Source of the DNA: Camelus ferus
Taxonomy: Eukaryota
Length of the DNA: 64,000 nt
Reading direction: 5' to 3'
Assembly (NCBI RefSeq): GCF_009834535.1
Contig: NC_045697.1
Location: 62,932,001 to 62,996,000 of the forward strand
Shown here: positions 13,379 through 27,869 of the stretch, piece by piece
Layout: the number at the start of each line of letters is the position of its first letter
Numbering within the stretch: the stretch's first letter is position 1
Translations under genes and position numbers: made by a program
Notes under the pieces: generated by a model
The model's input: only the letters and a program-made list of their open reading frames with translations
Database searches by the model: none
Told to the model about the DNA's origin: nothing

Positions 13379-13670
13379 CCTGTTTTTACAGCAAGGAAAC
13401 AGTAAATAAAAACTGGAACAATGTTCTATTAGCTTCTGTAATATAATTATTATTTATCTTTATTTTTACTTTATTAGGTAAAATAGAAGAAATTGAAATG
13501 GGGGAGACTTACTGAGACTTAGATAAATATATATTTTTTATTTTATGCAGAACTGCTATTAAAACTATTTAAAACACTAATAAAGATGTGCCAAATATTG
13601 TCACTGCTCTCCCAAATTAAAAAGATGGACTTTCTGCTCACTTTAAACTTGAAAAAAATTTTTTATGACA

Positions 13671-13706
13671 TTCATGAAATGATACATGAAATGATTCATG
13701 AAATGA
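13671..13706. repeat. 3 x 12-bp tandem repeat T(T/A)CATGAAATGA
   Basis: TTCATGAAATGA TACATGAAATGA TTCATGAAATGA. Confidence 0.9.
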
Positions 13707-15330
13707 CTGGTTTGTTTGTAGTGATATATGAAGAAGGCTGATTTTATTACTGATGGGGAAAATTGGCAAATATCTTGTCTTTCTTCTCAAATCTCATGTA
13801 ATTTACAGGTTAATTGTGCATCACAAACACAAAGTATTTAGATTGGAGAGTTGCTTTCTCTATATTGCTATTGATCTAAATCCATGTGAAGAAAAAAGGC
13901 ATTAATTTGCAGGTGAAGAGGTGCCAGAAATGATTTATAGATTTTATGGAGTGTCAGGAAATGAACATCACTACTAGTAGCTTTTATGAATACTAAAGAT
14001 AAGATTCTGAAGGAGTTAGGCTACAAAATAATTATTTCACAGAAGCAAATATTGACATAAAACCAATACGTCCTGTTCTTAAGTGAATGGTAGAGATAAA
14101 TCATGGAGATTATTCAGTATCACTGCTATGGGCAAGATGGTCTAACCAAAGCTGTCTTCCAAGGGAGGGTATTAAAGCTGCTTTTGTGCTCTAAAAGTAC
14201 TCTAAATTCCTGAAGCAAGAATCTGAAATAAGCTGGACTTGCCCTCATAAACAGAATGCAAAAGTAACCTGTCTGTTACGGATGAATGGCCTTCATATTT
14301 ACACACACCTGATTAGAAAGCCAGCTGGGATAGCGCTCAACTGTTCTCGTTTGCCAGAATTTGTATTAAGACAGCTAGAAGCCACCAAAAGAAAAGCAAG
14401 CCAGTTCAAATAGGAGATGTGGAAAAAGAATATAGATGCATCTGTTCTTACCAAAAACTTAGAGCACAGTGATTCATGTTACAGTATGAAAGAAAATGTG
14501 GGTTGTTGCTGTTAGTTGTCATAATAAAGGGAAATATCTGACAATAGACAGATGATGATTTGAAAGGTGGGATTTGGATGGCAGGGGAAACAGGTGCACC
14601 TTTTATATATATATTTTAAAGAATCAATTTCAGTGTTCATACATAGTTTGATGGCACCCAAGAAAATGTTTTGTGGCATTCCCTCTGATCCTTGAGTACA
14701 TGTGATCTCAGTAAAAAGTTAGATTAAAACCAAAAAAATAAAACTCTATTATTTCTCCCTGCAACCTTATTTAGAATTTCTCCTTAGACGAAGAGCAAAC
14801 TATTTCCTTCCAAATTTTATCTCTCTAAAAATATTTCCCTCATTCTTCCAATTAAGAGGATCCCAGAAGTTCAACCCATGGCTGCCTACGGGTGCCTTCT
14901 TCAGATACATCCAAGAATTCACTAAAATAATAAGTAGGTTTTCCCTGAAAGCAACAGCTACCAGGTGTATTTCTCCTACAGGTTTTTTAATTAAGAGAAA
15001 ATTTTTCCAGGCACCTTGGCATGTTTGTGGGTTTTATTTTATTCAGAATGACATCTAGTCCCAGTCACAATCTGAGTTGCAGCAGGGCAGGGAGGCAGAT
15101 GGATGATACATGAGGATGGTGATTATTCATAACTGCTGTGTTAAGAAACAAAACAAAGACTTTTTCCTGTACTCAAAAAATGACACTTTCTTAACAGAAA
15201 GTGATTTTATATTTTGAATTTGTTTCCTCTCTATAAATATGATTTTCTGGTGGCTCATCAAATTTCAGTTTCTATAATATTTCTGAAATTCAGGGAGATT
15301 CCAGAGTACTAGCTTTAGACTCTCTCTCTC

Positions 15331-15375
15331 AAAAAAAAAAAAGAAAGAAAGAAAGAAAGAAAAGAAAAGAAAAAG
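15331..15375. repeat. A-tract followed by (AAAG)n/(AAAAG)n
   Basis: Read directly. Confidence 0.9.
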
Positions 15376-15643
15376 GGAAACAAATAGTATAAAATGATAG
15401 TTTAAATTAAAATATTAATATTTAAAAAGAGGAATGAATGTTCTCCATGACATATATTTACATATGAAACAAAAATATTTAAGTCATGGTCATTTCACAG
15501 CCCGGTTCTTTCATTTTCTGCCTGGGGACACTGACATTAAGTAGTGGGGGGATAGTCGATGCCAGGACCTCCTGGAGCGTCCTTCCCCTTGGCTGTGTGC
15601 TGGCCCTAACTCACTGTCGCTTTGGAGTTGAAGTGTCTGTCTG

Positions 15644-15700
15644 CCTTCCTTCCTTCCTTCCTTCCTTCCTTTCCTTTCTTCCTTTCTTTCTTTCTTTCCT
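15644..15700. repeat. (CCTT)n/(CTTT)n microsatellite
   Basis: Read directly. Confidence 0.9.
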
Positions 15701-17109
15701 GTGTTTTAAGCATTAGTACTAGTAAATATTATTACCCAGAAAAATATAAAAGTCATGATCATATACCACACTAAAAAGACTTTAGTGCAATTAAGTAAAA
15801 CACCCACACATATTGTTCCATTTTCCTGATCTGTGTTCTCTCTGGGCCTGGAAAATAGCACCAATATCAGCTTTCTATGTGATCCAAGCAATATTCTGAC
15901 TACCTAGGGGGTTTGAGCTAAACTAAGGGGTTTATCAAAGTGTTGGATCCAATTACTTCAACATTGTCCTTATCTGAAGGAGCAGGACAAGGGTTAACCT
16001 ACTGCACTGATGACTAATATTCAGCTGTGCAGGCATCAAATAACTGCACACAGTAATGTTAAAGGTCTTCCTGACTCAAAGGCATATTTGTTCTGAAAGA
16101 GTTTGCATTTAATTTGGCTGAGGGTAGAGGGTTTGATTGTAGATGAGGCTGAGGTCACAGGGTAAGATTAGGTATTTGTAAGGAATGCACATCTTGTTTT
16201 CATTATCAAAAAGGTATAAAAAACTTCATAAAAGCATAAAGGCCTGAAAACAGATGGCTAGCTTGACTAAAACCCTTACTTCCTACACATTTTCCCTTAC
16301 CCATTCATTTTCAAAACAAAATCTTTGGACTATTTTAGGAAGTCCATCATGCTTTGCTCAGTTACAATATTTTTTTTATCCTTTGGCCAGAGGGATGGTT
16401 GGGCCAGGAGGACTTAAGTCTTCCTTTCCTGAGTCTTTGGAAGTTATCCTGATTGGTTTGTCTACTGCCAGTTTGTGGCCCTTTTTCTAATGATGTGGTG
16501 GTCACAGCTGATTCTCATGGCACACGTGAAACCTATGATAAGCTGGAAAATCATTTAGTGTCCTGGGAAACAGATTAAATGTACAGAGGCATTCATCATT
16601 GCCTTGACATTGACTCACATTTTAGTGTTTAGCATGATACATTGTCAGTTAAAAACAAAGATTGACAATACTGGTGCTCTTTTTGTAAAGCTCTTGGTGC
16701 ATATTATACTCTATGAAGTTATTTTAAAGATAGATATTTCACTATTAACGGTCTTGATTCTCTGATGGTCTATACTGAAAATCTGTTTCGTAAAGGACAC
16801 GTCCATCTCTTACACAGAGCTACTTTTTAGGTTTAACACTATTAAAAAGAAACGTATTTCTTTCCAAAGACCAGTTAGCAGTCCAGGGTATAGTAAAAGT
16901 TATATTCCTCCATCAATGTTGAATATTTTATTCCTATTTGCCTTGCAAAAGGTAGTCTCTTGGAAATTTTAGTTTTAATATTTAAATTTCAAAAGAAATT
17001 TCCTTTATGTATCAAATACGTATGCCATTTTTGAAGGTATGTTTAAATATAGAAATAAAAATATCATCAAAAACACAATACATATAACTAAAGTGTATCT
17101 GCTATCAAG

Positions 17110-17930
17110 TATTCATTTTTTCATCAATTCAATAATTTTTTTTTAATGTCTATCGAATTCTAGACACTGTGCTTGGCCTAGGATTCATAACAGTGAAAAA
17201 AAGAAACCCTGAGGTGGCTTCCCTTGTGATGAGACAACAATAAGAAAGATAAGTAAAATATATAGCATGTTATGATAAACGGTAAGAAAAAGAGGCAAGA
17301 GGGTAAGGAAACAGGACTTTGTGCCTGTGTAGTGGGGAGGGTCTCAGGGGATGGTGGCAATTCAAGATTCAAACAGGGTACAAGAAAATCCTCACTGGCA
17401 AAGTGGCATTTAACAAAGACCTGAAGGTGAGGATGCAAGACATATGATTTCCCAGAAGAGGGGTCTCCCAGACAGAAGGACAAATGCCACGAGCAGGACT
17501 GTGCCTGCGTGGCATCAGCATGATGAAGCCGAGGGAGCTTAGAGAATAGGAGACACAAGGTGGATGAGGTCAGAGAAGTGAGAAGGGGGCAAGATACGGC
17601 AGACCTGGTTCTTCATTAGGGAGCCATGGAAGGCTTTTGAGCAGAGGAGTGATATTACTTGATCTACATTTTATTTTATGTATTTATTTTTAGTTTTATT
17701 TATTTATTTTGGGGTTTTTTTTGGGGGGAGAGGTAATTAGTTTTTTATTTATTATAATTATTTTTTAATGGAGGCACTGGGGGCCGAACCCAGGACCTTG
17801 TGCATGCTTAGCTTGCACTCTACCACTGAGCTGTACCCTCCCCGCTTGACCTACATTATAATATGAATACATTGTATACTTTGTTGTAAATAAACTGCCA
17901 GAGACAGAGCAGGGAAAACAATAAGGAGAT
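17110..17930 (-). mobile_element. LINE-2 fragment interrupted by the SINE
   Basis: CTAGACACTGTGCTTGG, GGATGAGGTCAGAGAAG and GGGAGCCATGGAAGGCTTTTGAGCAGAGGAGTGA are antisense L2 motifs. Degenerate L2-like sequence resumes after the TSD. Confidence 0.8.
17671..17843 (-). mobile_element. tRNA-derived SINE, camelid vic-1 type, with target-site duplication
   Basis: The minus strand reads GGGGAGGGTACAGCTCAGTGGTAGAGTGCAAGCTAAGCATGCACAAGGTCCTGGGTTCGGCCCCCAGTGCCTCCATT plus an A-rich tail, with A- and B-box-like motifs. It is flanked by CTTGATCTACATT (17658-17670) and CTTGACCTACATT (17845-17857). Confidence 0.88.
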
Positions 17931-19845
17931 TAATTTGATAATTAATAATATATTTTTAGAAGGTAATGTTTACACACATAAAATTAAAAGAAAATAATGC
18001 ACAGAAGGATGTAATCATGCTGCTACATGATCACCCCTTTGAGTCATTTTTAATGGATTGCCCAGCACCATTAAAGTTGTTTCACACTTTGGTTTCTTTC
18101 CCTAAGCCTGAAACTTCTATTCTATAACAAACAAACAAAAAGTTGCTTCCAACTTTAGGAAAAATGTTCACTCATTTATCTTACAATAAAAATTTATGTG
18201 CATCAAATGTATGCCAGGCATAAAGACAGTCACGAGAGGTCTAAAGAAGAATAACAACGTTTTTTCAAAATTCTCAGTCACATGAGCAAAACAGAAATAT
18301 TAAAAGGTATATGTAGTAATACAATTTAGAAGCACAATGCCAGAGATACATCCAGGGCATTATTGAAGCACAGAGTAAGTATATAGACAAAAAGAACATG
18401 TGTTTTAACCTAGGTAATCAGGAAACATTGCTAAGTACTATTCTGAGTAGACTTCACTCCCTTAAAACTCTGGTCCTCACATCCTAATACTGTACACCTA
18501 GGAAATAGTTTTCAGAGACTTGAGAGAATTGAGTTTTCTCTTAGATATCCAGGATTTTAAGTGTTTCAAATATATAAACAACTTAAAAAGATTTATTTAT
18601 TGTATATTCAATTTTGTTTTTTCCTCTTGCCTCATGTCATTAGTATCATCCGTAAAAATGGAAAGTTTCCATAAAGGTCTGTGAATGTCCAACCATCAAT
18701 TCATTTCTGGAAATCATCCAAATTTGTCTTTATAATGACTGTTTGCTGTTCTCTAATGATGAGAAGCTGATTCTTATATCACTCGTGAAAATCTGTGAGA
18801 GACTAGTAAATCATGCAGTGTATTGGGGGAAAAGAAATGACATTTTCAGTAATAATCATTAATAGAAGTAGAAATTGGTTCACCAAAAAGAGAAAGCACA
18901 GGACTAACAGGCTTTTTTGGTGTCTCTACCTATGAGAAAAGTGTCATAGACATAATGAGTTTGATTTCAGCACAGTGCTAGATTCATTTCCCCATGTGAA
19001 TCTGGTTTGGAAATTGTATCCAACTGTATTAATCAGATAACATCAACTTGGAGGGCCAGTCTTAGTTCTGTGCCACAAAAAACACACCAACTGCTCGATA
19101 ACACATAGATGCATGAAAATATTATTAAAGTATAGATGATATAAAACTGAGAGTAGATCTTATCTAAATTAAAGTACCTATGATCAAAGTAATCTGGATA
19201 GTTTGGAATATTGGTGCCAAATATTTCCTGGGAGCAACATTGTTGTAATTGAGAAACCACTGTCCTAGAGTCATCTAAGAGTTAGGCTCATGGTTTTCTT
19301 AGCAGGTCTGCTAGGTCTTCATGCAAATATCATTCTGGTCACCTGTCCTGGTGAATCAGGATTCTGAGTGGTATATGCAAATTAGATGTCCTCTCACACT
19401 CTGATTTCCTGTCCCACCTAAATCATCACAAAGAAGCCAATGTTAAGATTTGCTGCAATGAAAACTTATGTAGTTGACTATTTAAATACTACATCTGAAT
19501 TCACAAGGTCTTTTAAATTTAGGTACATTTAGGCTTTTCTTTATAATCAATGGGGTACAATACAAGAAACCTGTTTTCCACTGAATCATTTGATAAGATT
19601 TACAATCATTTTCATATTCCAATGACCATACACTTTTAAAAAATGTTTATATTCCTCAAATTAAATTATTGGATATGTCCTATAAATGCATGGGCATTTT
19701 TGTAAGACTTTTGTTAATCTGCACTCTAAACACTAACAATCTTAATATTCCATTGTCATTTACTTGCCCAGACGTTTGAAATTTTGAAGTAAAGCATTTG
19801 ACCTTACTTCCTGCAACATTCTTTTCAAACAAATTAATATACCTA

Positions 19846-20482
19846 TGTCACTGAACCAAACTTGGGTCCACTTGCCCACCACACAGCAAAGCTAATCTAC
19901 TGACACTGGGTTTTGGTGAAGGAAAGTACAGAATTTATTTACAGAGCACCAAGCAAGGAGACTTGCAGCTCTTGCTCTAAAGACCTGAACTCCCTGATGG
20001 CTTTCAAGTTAGAATTTTTAAAGGAAACATTTGAGGTGGGGGTTGCAGCTCATGGAGTTTCTTCTGATTGGTTGGTGGTGAGGTAACAGGGTGATGCTTC
20101 TGGAATCTTAACCATCAACCTCTATTTCAACCAGTCTGGGGTCTACATACTTGTAGTCAGCATGTTGTCATCATCCTCCACTTGGGTATGGGTCTGAGTT
20201 TCTGAGGAACAACTCAAAGCTATGCATCAGATTGTCATATATATTCCTTGAGGAAGAACTAGGAGTCTGTTTAATCACTGAATGTTGTTCAAACTAACTT
20301 GCTTAGTTGCTTTTCCTTTGTTTCTGTATTCCATTGCTTCTATAACTAATAACTGCGTGAGTTGGCTCTTTGGAACTCAGGAAGGTCTAGAAGACTAAAA
20401 CCTTTTTCTACAAACAAGAGACAGGGGACACAGAAGGGCTTTTTGTACCCGGGAGGGCCCCACAGGGTCCTGCTCAGTTTTA
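19846..20482 (-). mobile_element. Solo ERV1-class LTR (LTR39/MER41-like laurasiatherian family)
   Basis: Begins TGTCACTGAACCAAACTTGGGTCC and ends CACAGGGTCCTGCTCAGTTTTA. There is a minus-strand AATAAA (TTTATT on +) and a CCAAT box (ATTGG), and the segment is GC-richer than its flanks. Confidence 0.75.
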
Positions 20483-22279
20483 CTTTCTATTACTTGAGTG
20501 GAACACTTTTGATAAAAATGTTGAAGAAATCAACCACTGACCCCTAAATATTGAAAGTAACTTGTATTCAGAGGGAAGGGAGAAAAAGAAAATAGGTTAA
20601 AAATGACTGATCAAGCCAAGAGATTACAAAAATACGGATAATGTCTTATATTGAGTGAATCTTGGCAAGCCTCTAGACACTGTAGCTCAGTCTTGTTTTC
20701 AGGGTTGATTCAACTTATGTGCTTAGAAGTAATTTATCAAGAGGGATAAAATAAGAACTCACTGATTTGGGATGAGAATCTACAACAAATATTTTTCTCT
20801 AAAATATTTTTAAAATATTCTTTTTGATAATATTGGTTTGCAAGATCTAAGAAAGAAAACTTTAAATCAATTTCTTTGGAGATTTTTTTACTAAGAACAA
20901 AAATATCTCAAACCTATCAAATTATGTCAGTACTTTATAGGCTATACTAAACATAATTTTTTTAAAGTCTTAAAAAAAGTTTCTTTGAAAAACTTGATTT
21001 TCAAAGAAATGATTTCACCCTAATTAATTAATTAGAGGATCTTCCTAAGACAAAGATAAGACATTATAATTCATCACACCAATATGGTTTTTTAACCACA
21101 AACTGCTCCTTTAAATATTAAACATATAATGAAAATTATTTTTAGCTTGCACTTAAAACCTAACACCCGAAATTTAATTTTAAAAAATTGAAGGAGAAAA
21201 TGAAAACTTGGGTATTATATATGATACATTAAGGTCTTATGCATTTTTTTCAATGCATCATTTTCTTTTAATATGAGAAAGATATCTGCAAATACCAAAC
21301 ATTGTGAAAGCCGTATTTGAAAATGTAAAGAATAGCTTTTGAAACTATAGTTTAAAGGAAGCCCAAAGTCAACACATGCAAATACCATGTATACACACCC
21401 CAATGATTTTTCCTCTTGCATTTTAGCTTCAAACCTCATTTATTACAAGTGACTTTTATAGAAAACTATCCCTTTGCATTATTTACAATTTCTATGTAGG
21501 TTCTTCTTTGATTTAGATTTTTTACAACCTGATAATGATACTCTTGTAAGTGGGGCTGAGAGAATTAATTTAAGGAAATTATTAATTCTGGAGCATGAAC
21601 AGATTATTCAAAAAACATTCATGTTTCAACAATATGGAAGTGACAGGGGATTTGAGACAGGAAGTTAAGCATGCAAGAGGATTGTAAAACACCCTTCCTT
21701 TGTCCCTGATTCTGACCCTATGCTAACCACTCCTAGAATAATGGCAGAGAAAGGCTAACTCCCAAAGTCACAAAGCCTTACTTCCTGAAAGGAGCAACTT
21801 TCTCATAGCCCACTCCTACCTCTTGTTGAATTGTTCCATCTCTGGTCAATATGTTGATCTTGACTTTCTTCCGTGACAACTCAGTGCTGGGATTCCATTA
21901 TCACGAGGTAGGGAGGAAAATGCTTTTCATCTCAAATGCTTGGAAATGGTAAAACTATTCTCACTGGAGTATGTTGTTTTCCTAAAAGTTATCATTTTAT
22001 CACTGTGCAAATTTTCTTAATTACATTATGAACTACACATGCATTTATGTTTGTATATGTGATTTAGGATAAATGATGCTTAGATGAGTCAGCTCCTTTC
22101 AAATTTATCTCAGATTTCAAATATCTACACTAGTTATAGGTAAAAACAAAAGATGTTCATTTTCATTATCAACAAATTTTCCTTTATATGCATACCTTCA
22201 TTATGAGTTAAATTGATTCTAAAAAATAAAGCCCTGAATTAAAAAAAAATAGAAAATATAATGCTTTTCACAAACAGGA

Positions 22280-22510
22280 AACATAGTGTAGTGATTTGGA
22301 ATCAAACCAATCTGTATTTAGTTCCATTTACTAGCTGTGAGCCTTCAGCAAGTTATTTGAATTGTTTTCTCAGCTATAAAATGGCAATAACATCATTTGT
22401 ACTTCATAAGTCTATGTTCTGAATAAAATAAAACAATGCATATAAGTTAGTAGCCATCATGTTTGTCAAACAGTAAGCATTCAGTAAATATTAGCTATTT
22501 TTGTTATTAT
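22280..22510 (+). mobile_element. MIR SINE
   Basis: CATTTACTAGCTGTGAGCCTTCAGCAAGTTATTT...TATAAAATGG...TAAGCATTCAGTAAATATTAGCTATT. Confidence 0.8.
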
Positions 22511-25500
22511 GTAAGAATTATTTAAGTCTGTATATGGAACAGGAAGAAAAACTGAGAAATGGATACATTAAAAATATATGTGATGAATGTATTTACTTTG
22601 CTTTTTATTGACCTCAGTTTCTAAATTGGGAAATTTTTGATGATAAAACAAAGGCTTTATGGGTCTGGAAGGGGGAGAGTGAGTTAGCCTCAGACTGAAG
22701 TCTCAGGGATTATCACACTACACCCCTGATTGTGGAAAGGTCTCTGGCTTAATTTAGACCTGACCCTGCTTAAAGTTTAAAATGGGATAATTTTCCTAAG
22801 TTTTCCTGAATTTAATGTTTGCCTAAACTGCTGAACAAATGAATGAGGATAAAATTGTTTTATATAAAAGCAAGTGCTTCATAGTCGTATATACTGTATA
22901 AATAATTCATGCTAAATTCAGAAACTTAATATACAAATAAAACAATAATCTTATTGATTTAATATAATCTGTAGTGGAAGGAAAAATTAATTTCACTTGG
23001 AAAGGATGTGAGGAAGGTATAATTAATGTAATGACCTTCCCATTATGAACTCCAAATGAACCATAAATCAATATGTTATGTAGAAAACTGGAAAGATCTG
23101 GCATGAGCAATGTTTTCTTCCCAAACAATAGCCAATTAAGCTGAAATTAAAAACATGTGTATAATGAAAAAATTCATATTATTTAATATCTCCAAATTTA
23201 GGTTTTCACAAATATGATTCCATATATGTTCACTAAGTACCTTGATTCATTTAATTTTACCTTTTCAATAGTTCTAAAAGCTACATTCATGGACTGAAAT
23301 TTTGAGGAAAAGAATAAATATCATTGTAATCATTGTTGATTTAAAAAATCGTAAAAAATAGAAATGGATCTTTTATTTCAAATTCTTTCATGAATGTTAC
23401 CCCTGAAAATCTCCAATATTGATTGTTATTTTTGATATAATATGTCCCTTTTTTTTTTACAAAAAGAGAGACCTGGGAAGTAAGGGCTGACTGGAGCCTG
23501 GAGCCACCTCAGACTGGAATCCCAGCAGAGGAACAGGCTGATGGTGCCATTCCATTATGGAACCTGAAGTGGGAAAGGTGACCTTCCACTTTCTGGTGGT
23601 GTAATTCTGGTGACTGGAGGGCAAATTTTGGGAATTATACCTTTAATCTGCACATTGGTGCCTCAGTTCTGGCAAGAGACTGTTGCCACAATTGAGGAAA
23701 ACAGTGGCTTTCTATCCATTCACCACAAAGGCCATGTGCATGTCAGATCATAAAGAAGCCAGATGGGAACGAGATGAAACACCATTTCTCACTAAAGAAA
23801 AACCTGAACATTTTATGAATTTCATTTATTCAGCTCCTCAAATTATGCATTTTTCTCATTCATTCACTCATTTTTATCCATTCATTCACTAAAATGCATC
23901 AAATCTTCCTGACTGCCTTGTACTGGAACCCTACTTAACCCTACTGGAAGTATTAGTTCATTTAATATCTAGGATAGCAGATAAACTCCTCTAAGTTTCT
24001 GGAGGTTTTCTAATTCCTATAGTGCCAGCAAGGGAATTATATTCGCTCAAAACTCCCAGCATTTTCCTAAGGGTCTTTGATTTCTTAGTAGGATTTAAGA
24101 AGACTACTGTAGATTCTCTGATTTCCAGTATTCATCTGAAGAGAGACTTGGAGAGTAGCTTTTGTGAATAGATATGATCCTTCACAAATCTTGGTTACAT
24201 TTTTATCCAGAAGTGATTTTTCAGCATTCTCATTAGAAGGGAGGTTTGGTTAGGGCGTAATGTTGGGCCAGTAGAGGACCAGGAAGAGTGGGACTAACAC
24301 CAAGGTGAACCTGTGACTTTCCAGCATGAAACCCATCAGTGCACAGTAGTGGGAGAGGAGTTATGCCTTCTAGGGACTGCTGGGTTAGAAGACCTCTAGA
24401 AAATAACTAGCTGCAAACTCTCCTGCTCCTTTGACCAGGATCCCTAATTTGTAGTGTGCCCAGCTCAGGTGAATGTTGTAGTTATTTATTTATTTATATT
24501 TAGGGTAGCTCCTGTTCCCTTATAGTTTTGTTCTTTTTCAGTATTTATATTTATACACCATTTAGGAAAAATTGAGAGGAAATAAAAAGGAAGTTAAAAG
24601 TAACAAAGTGGGGGAAACCGTAATGTTTTACAGGACCTTATAAAACTAGATGTCTTGTTTGTGATTAAGAGAGAGAGAAAGAGCCCAGGAGACCAAGAGA
24701 AGGAGAAAAGATAATATGAGAGTGGATGGGCCTGGCAGTGAGAGAGGGGCTGGCAGAGAGATAAGAGAGATGATTGAGATCTGAAAAGCACTTTTATCTG
24801 CTTTTTTGAATTCTCTAATTTTTTCATTCAGTGTGCAGAGCCATACAGTTTTGCAAAATTTGTTGAGTTTGGCAAATATTCCAAATAAGCATGGCCAGAT
24901 ACAGTATTCAAGGTCACTTTTCCCATACTCTATTCTGACCGCTGAAATTAGCTAGAATGCTAATAGAAGAGCAGTTTTCAGGATTGACTGAGGCACTACA
25001 ATTACCATTCTTTCTGACAAAGCCCTTGTTTCCTGATGTTCAGACCAGTGAAAAAGAGGTTACCTTTAAGTTTATCCTTCTCCAATTTAAAGGAAGACTA
25101 TGCCATCGAATGGAAAGGCAGGTCTCCTTTAGTCTTTTTAAAAAATATGTATACTTAGATTACTTCCCTACTTAATTTTTATGACATGCATATATCTTTG
25201 ATAAAGTAAAACACTAAAGGATCAAAAGAACTTCATGTTATGTTTATTATTAACATTTATTGAAGTAGGGAAAAAAACCAACTAGAAACACTGTATTCTT
25301 GGTCTAGGGTTAATAAGTTCTTCAAAATAAACACTTGGTTGCTAACTGTCATATTACTTAATCATCAGCCTAGTGAAATTTCTGCCCTTCGCATTTTTAT
25401 GCAACTTTACTACAGCATGATTAAATGATAAACATTATCAATTGACAATACTATGAACCAAATTCAGTTTCATGTCAGATGTTTTCCTTTTCACCTCTCT

Positions 25501-27869
25501 TTAACTTACCAAACTTTAACCTCACTTGAGCCCCATTCAAGCTTAGCAGGAAGCTACATCTTCTGAATTTGAGTCTTGCTTCCACAGATTTCGTAACCTC
25601 TTTAATAGCTCTCACACCTGGCTGTGATGGCTTAATGGAATAGCATATGCTAGCTCTTTTTCTCAATCAAGCAACCTGTTTTAACTAAAACATATACTCT
25701 GCCTATTATTTCTCAATTTTTATCTCTACTAACATCCTTGCAGCCACTGTGTGGAAAAAGGCGGCAAAAACTCCAGAAGAAATTGTTGTTTTCCTTTGGA
25801 GTGCTTATGCTAGATTATAAATTCTATAAAGCCAATTCTAAGTGACATAAAACAGAGAAAAGCACTTAAATATATATTTAGAAAGAAAGAAGTACAAAAA
25901 TAGGTATTTATGGAAACTATTAATATTGCCATCATTATAAATAGCTGCAGTTATCTTCTGCTAAAGGCAAAAAGTGAGTCGAATGCACATGATCAGCTCC
26001 TGCTCCATCCTCCCCCCCCACCATCCCACTCCCACACATACTGAGCTGTCTTCACAGGGTGACCTCCACCTCAGCTTCTACTCATGCCTTTTAGAAACCA
26101 AACAAGATATTGCTGATGGTTAAACAGGTCCTATTTAGGTTCAACCTGAATCATTAGCACAAATGCAAAAAGACTTCTGGAATCTTGATTTTAAAGGGAA
26201 CTTTCTGCTTTTTAAAAATGTGCACATACTCATACCAGACTGGAAGAGGATGAATTGATGTCATGTATGTATTATAACAACAACAACAACAACAATAGAA
26301 ACCAATTAAAATTCCACTTGTACACTCAGTGATACAATTTATTCTGGCATAATTCAGTGTTCCTTATTTATTGTAATAGCCACAAATTCAGTCTACGTTT
26401 TCATCATGAACATCTTTTCTTTAAGCCTTTATATTTTAAAATGTATTTTACTACCTTAAGTTTAATTGTGATGAAATTTTAACTTAACACTATGAAGGTT
26501 TGTTAATTACAAACTCTTTCTGAAGGCAGCTGGTTATGTCTCTGCAATTTATAGTCTTTTAAACGTACTCCTATCAGCTTTAACATATATAATTATGCAG
26601 CTTTAAAGTAATTTGTAATAATCATAGTTCTAAGATAATCTTGTATTTTAGATATGAAAGTAGTAACATTCAAACTACATCACTAATATTACTTGGAATG
26701 AATTTCAAGAACTACATTACTCATTCACTTTTTTACTTTAATATTGTCATCATACAGATCACACAAAGGATTTTTTCGTTAGAGGCCAGTCTTTAAATTC
26801 AACAGCTAGTAGTATTAAAAGGCTATTGGGGGTTGGGAGGAGGGCTGAATATAGGACTGAACAGAAGCTCAGACAGAGAAAAAAAAAACACTGTGTATAA
26901 CAAATAAACAGTGCATGATCTCATATGTACCTCAAGACAACTCACTAAGACTTCTATTGAATAGACAATGAACAACTTTAACTGTAATCCTATGGAATTC
27001 ACTGTGGCTATTTTAATAGTTGTGGCAATTTCACTTGGAGTAAATACATACACATACATGAAGAATTAGAAGCTTTTCTATATGTATTGTGTTAGTATAG
27101 GTGAAGTAGCTGTCAATTTAAGATAGGGAGCTTTAAGCAACATATAGTGATGTGTGAAAAATTATTTTTCTTCCACTGGCTTCAGATAGAGTCAAAAGAC
27201 TTTATCTATGATAAGCAGATTTTTAAACAAAGAGTTATGAAAACGAAGGCATATGCAGGAACCATTTTCTTTTAGATCTCTTTTCAGTGTTTCAAATTGG
27301 CTTTTATTTCCTAGTCATTTCTATGATATTTACATTCAGGTAGCTGAATCAGCAAAGGGGTTATTAGAACAGACTAGTAATGGAAATGATTTGCTCAGGG
27401 ACCCCTGCCAGTAAAGGCTTCAGTACAGCGGTGCAGTGCTGAATGATTTGCATGCCAGTGGGGCGAGGATACTACAATTCTATGTTCTTCATTTCCCCCA
27501 CTTCCTACTTCTGTTACTGCAGGTGGAAATAGACCCACTGAAACTTACAACTGAGATAGAGGATTATTAGTTTTCACATAAACTCTTTAAGCCTCTATGG
27601 AACAATATTTTCTAGCCTTTATAAACACCCAGGAACAATTGTCCTGCCTCTGATGTATAAATTGTGTTGAATTTTTAATTTTCCTAATAATGTCAGAGTA
27701 CATGGTGGGCGTATTCTGGGATGCTGTAAATATCTTAGATTAAAAGGAAATGCTTTTGTTCTAACATCAAGAATAAATATGCCATTTAAATAGAAAGTGG
27801 TCAATGAACCAGAAAAGGGAAAACACATGGAAGCATAAAACAAATTGTTTGAGGTTTATTCTTCCCCTA

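Noticed and set aside
17770..17843. tRNA gene
   Set aside because: The tRNA-like head has an A-rich tail and a TSD, so it is a SINE rather than a tRNA gene.
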